NCBI GenBank assembly: GCA_012511085.1
Contig: JAAZGU010000008.1
Span: 1 to 35,211, forward strand
DNA length: 35,211 nt
Direction: 5' to 3'
From: Erysipelothrix sp.
GTDB lineage: Bacteria; Bacillota_I; Bacilli_A; Erysipelotrichales; Erysipelotrichaceae
The position numbers and the translations under genes were made by a program. Within the stretch, counting starts at the first letter, position 1. Every line of letters starts with the position of its first letter. This document shows, piece by piece, positions 35,061-35,211 of the stretch. The notes under the pieces were generated by a model. It was not told the origin of the DNA. It did not search any database and saw only the letters and a list, made by a program, of their open reading frames with translations.

Positions 35061-35211
35061 AACTCTAGAGTCATTGTATAGTATAAAATATAAAAAATGC
35101 AAACAAATGCATTTTATAAGGGAGAATTAGCAAATCTTATTTGTGATTCGCTTTTTTTTGGTACAATAGTACCATAGAAATGGGGATGTGTTTTGTTTTC
35201 GATTTTTAAGA

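Noticed and set aside
35094-35211. A hairpin AAAATGCA..TGCATTTT (35094-35115), the palindrome TGGTACAATAGTACCA and a possible new gene start at the right edge
   Set aside because: These are probably the terminator and promoter of a neighbouring gene that lies mostly off-window. There is too little sequence to support any call.
1-35211. A scan for CRISPR arrays, tRNA/rRNA genes, IS elements, integrases, toxin-antitoxin pairs and restriction-modification genes
   Set aside because: I found nothing with the expected repeat/spacer periodicity, cloverleaf-sized structured intergenic segments or catalytic motifs. Apart from the regions discussed, the intergenic spacers are short.

Overview
This 35.2-kb window looks like chromosomal DNA from a low-GC Gram-positive (Bacillota-like) genome. 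The markers for that are a T-box-controlled leuS, RNase J, def, the ytqA/ytqB(mnmM) pair, a Staphylococcus-type class I aldolase and ydjGHI-like genes. I support about 33 protein genes. I saw no rRNA, tRNA, CRISPR array, transposase, integrase or phage genes. Most of the window is housekeeping or transport: a Fe3+/AfuA-type ABC importer, an ABC exporter, a CobB sirtuin, a pseudouridine synthase, RtcB, LeuS, and a def-rnj-phosphoesterase-yihY operon. Four stretches look accessory or unresolved. (1) A tightly packed six-gene minus-strand operon (22463..16303) encodes a lipoprotein, a 161-aa orphan, a signal-less 5'-nucleotidase, an SPFH protein with three Zn-ribbons, a double Zn-ribbon membrane protein and a TPM protein. 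The last three form a PspA-less, reordered YdjI/G/H-type module with extra genes attached. This is my best candidate for an undescribed system. (2) A signalling module (22752..26828) encodes a multi-TM pseudo-kinase, a bona fide histidine kinase, a NarL/LuxR response regulator and a stand-alone pseudo-receiver. (3) A cutC, PRD/EIIA regulator, Ula-type EIIB/EIIC and SIS operon has no free EIIA and no obvious catabolic pathway. (4) A 29-bp hairpin element occurs in three copies, two of them as inverted copies bracketing the signalling module. All family assignments come from motif recognition by eye. No database search, HMM search or RNA folding was run.
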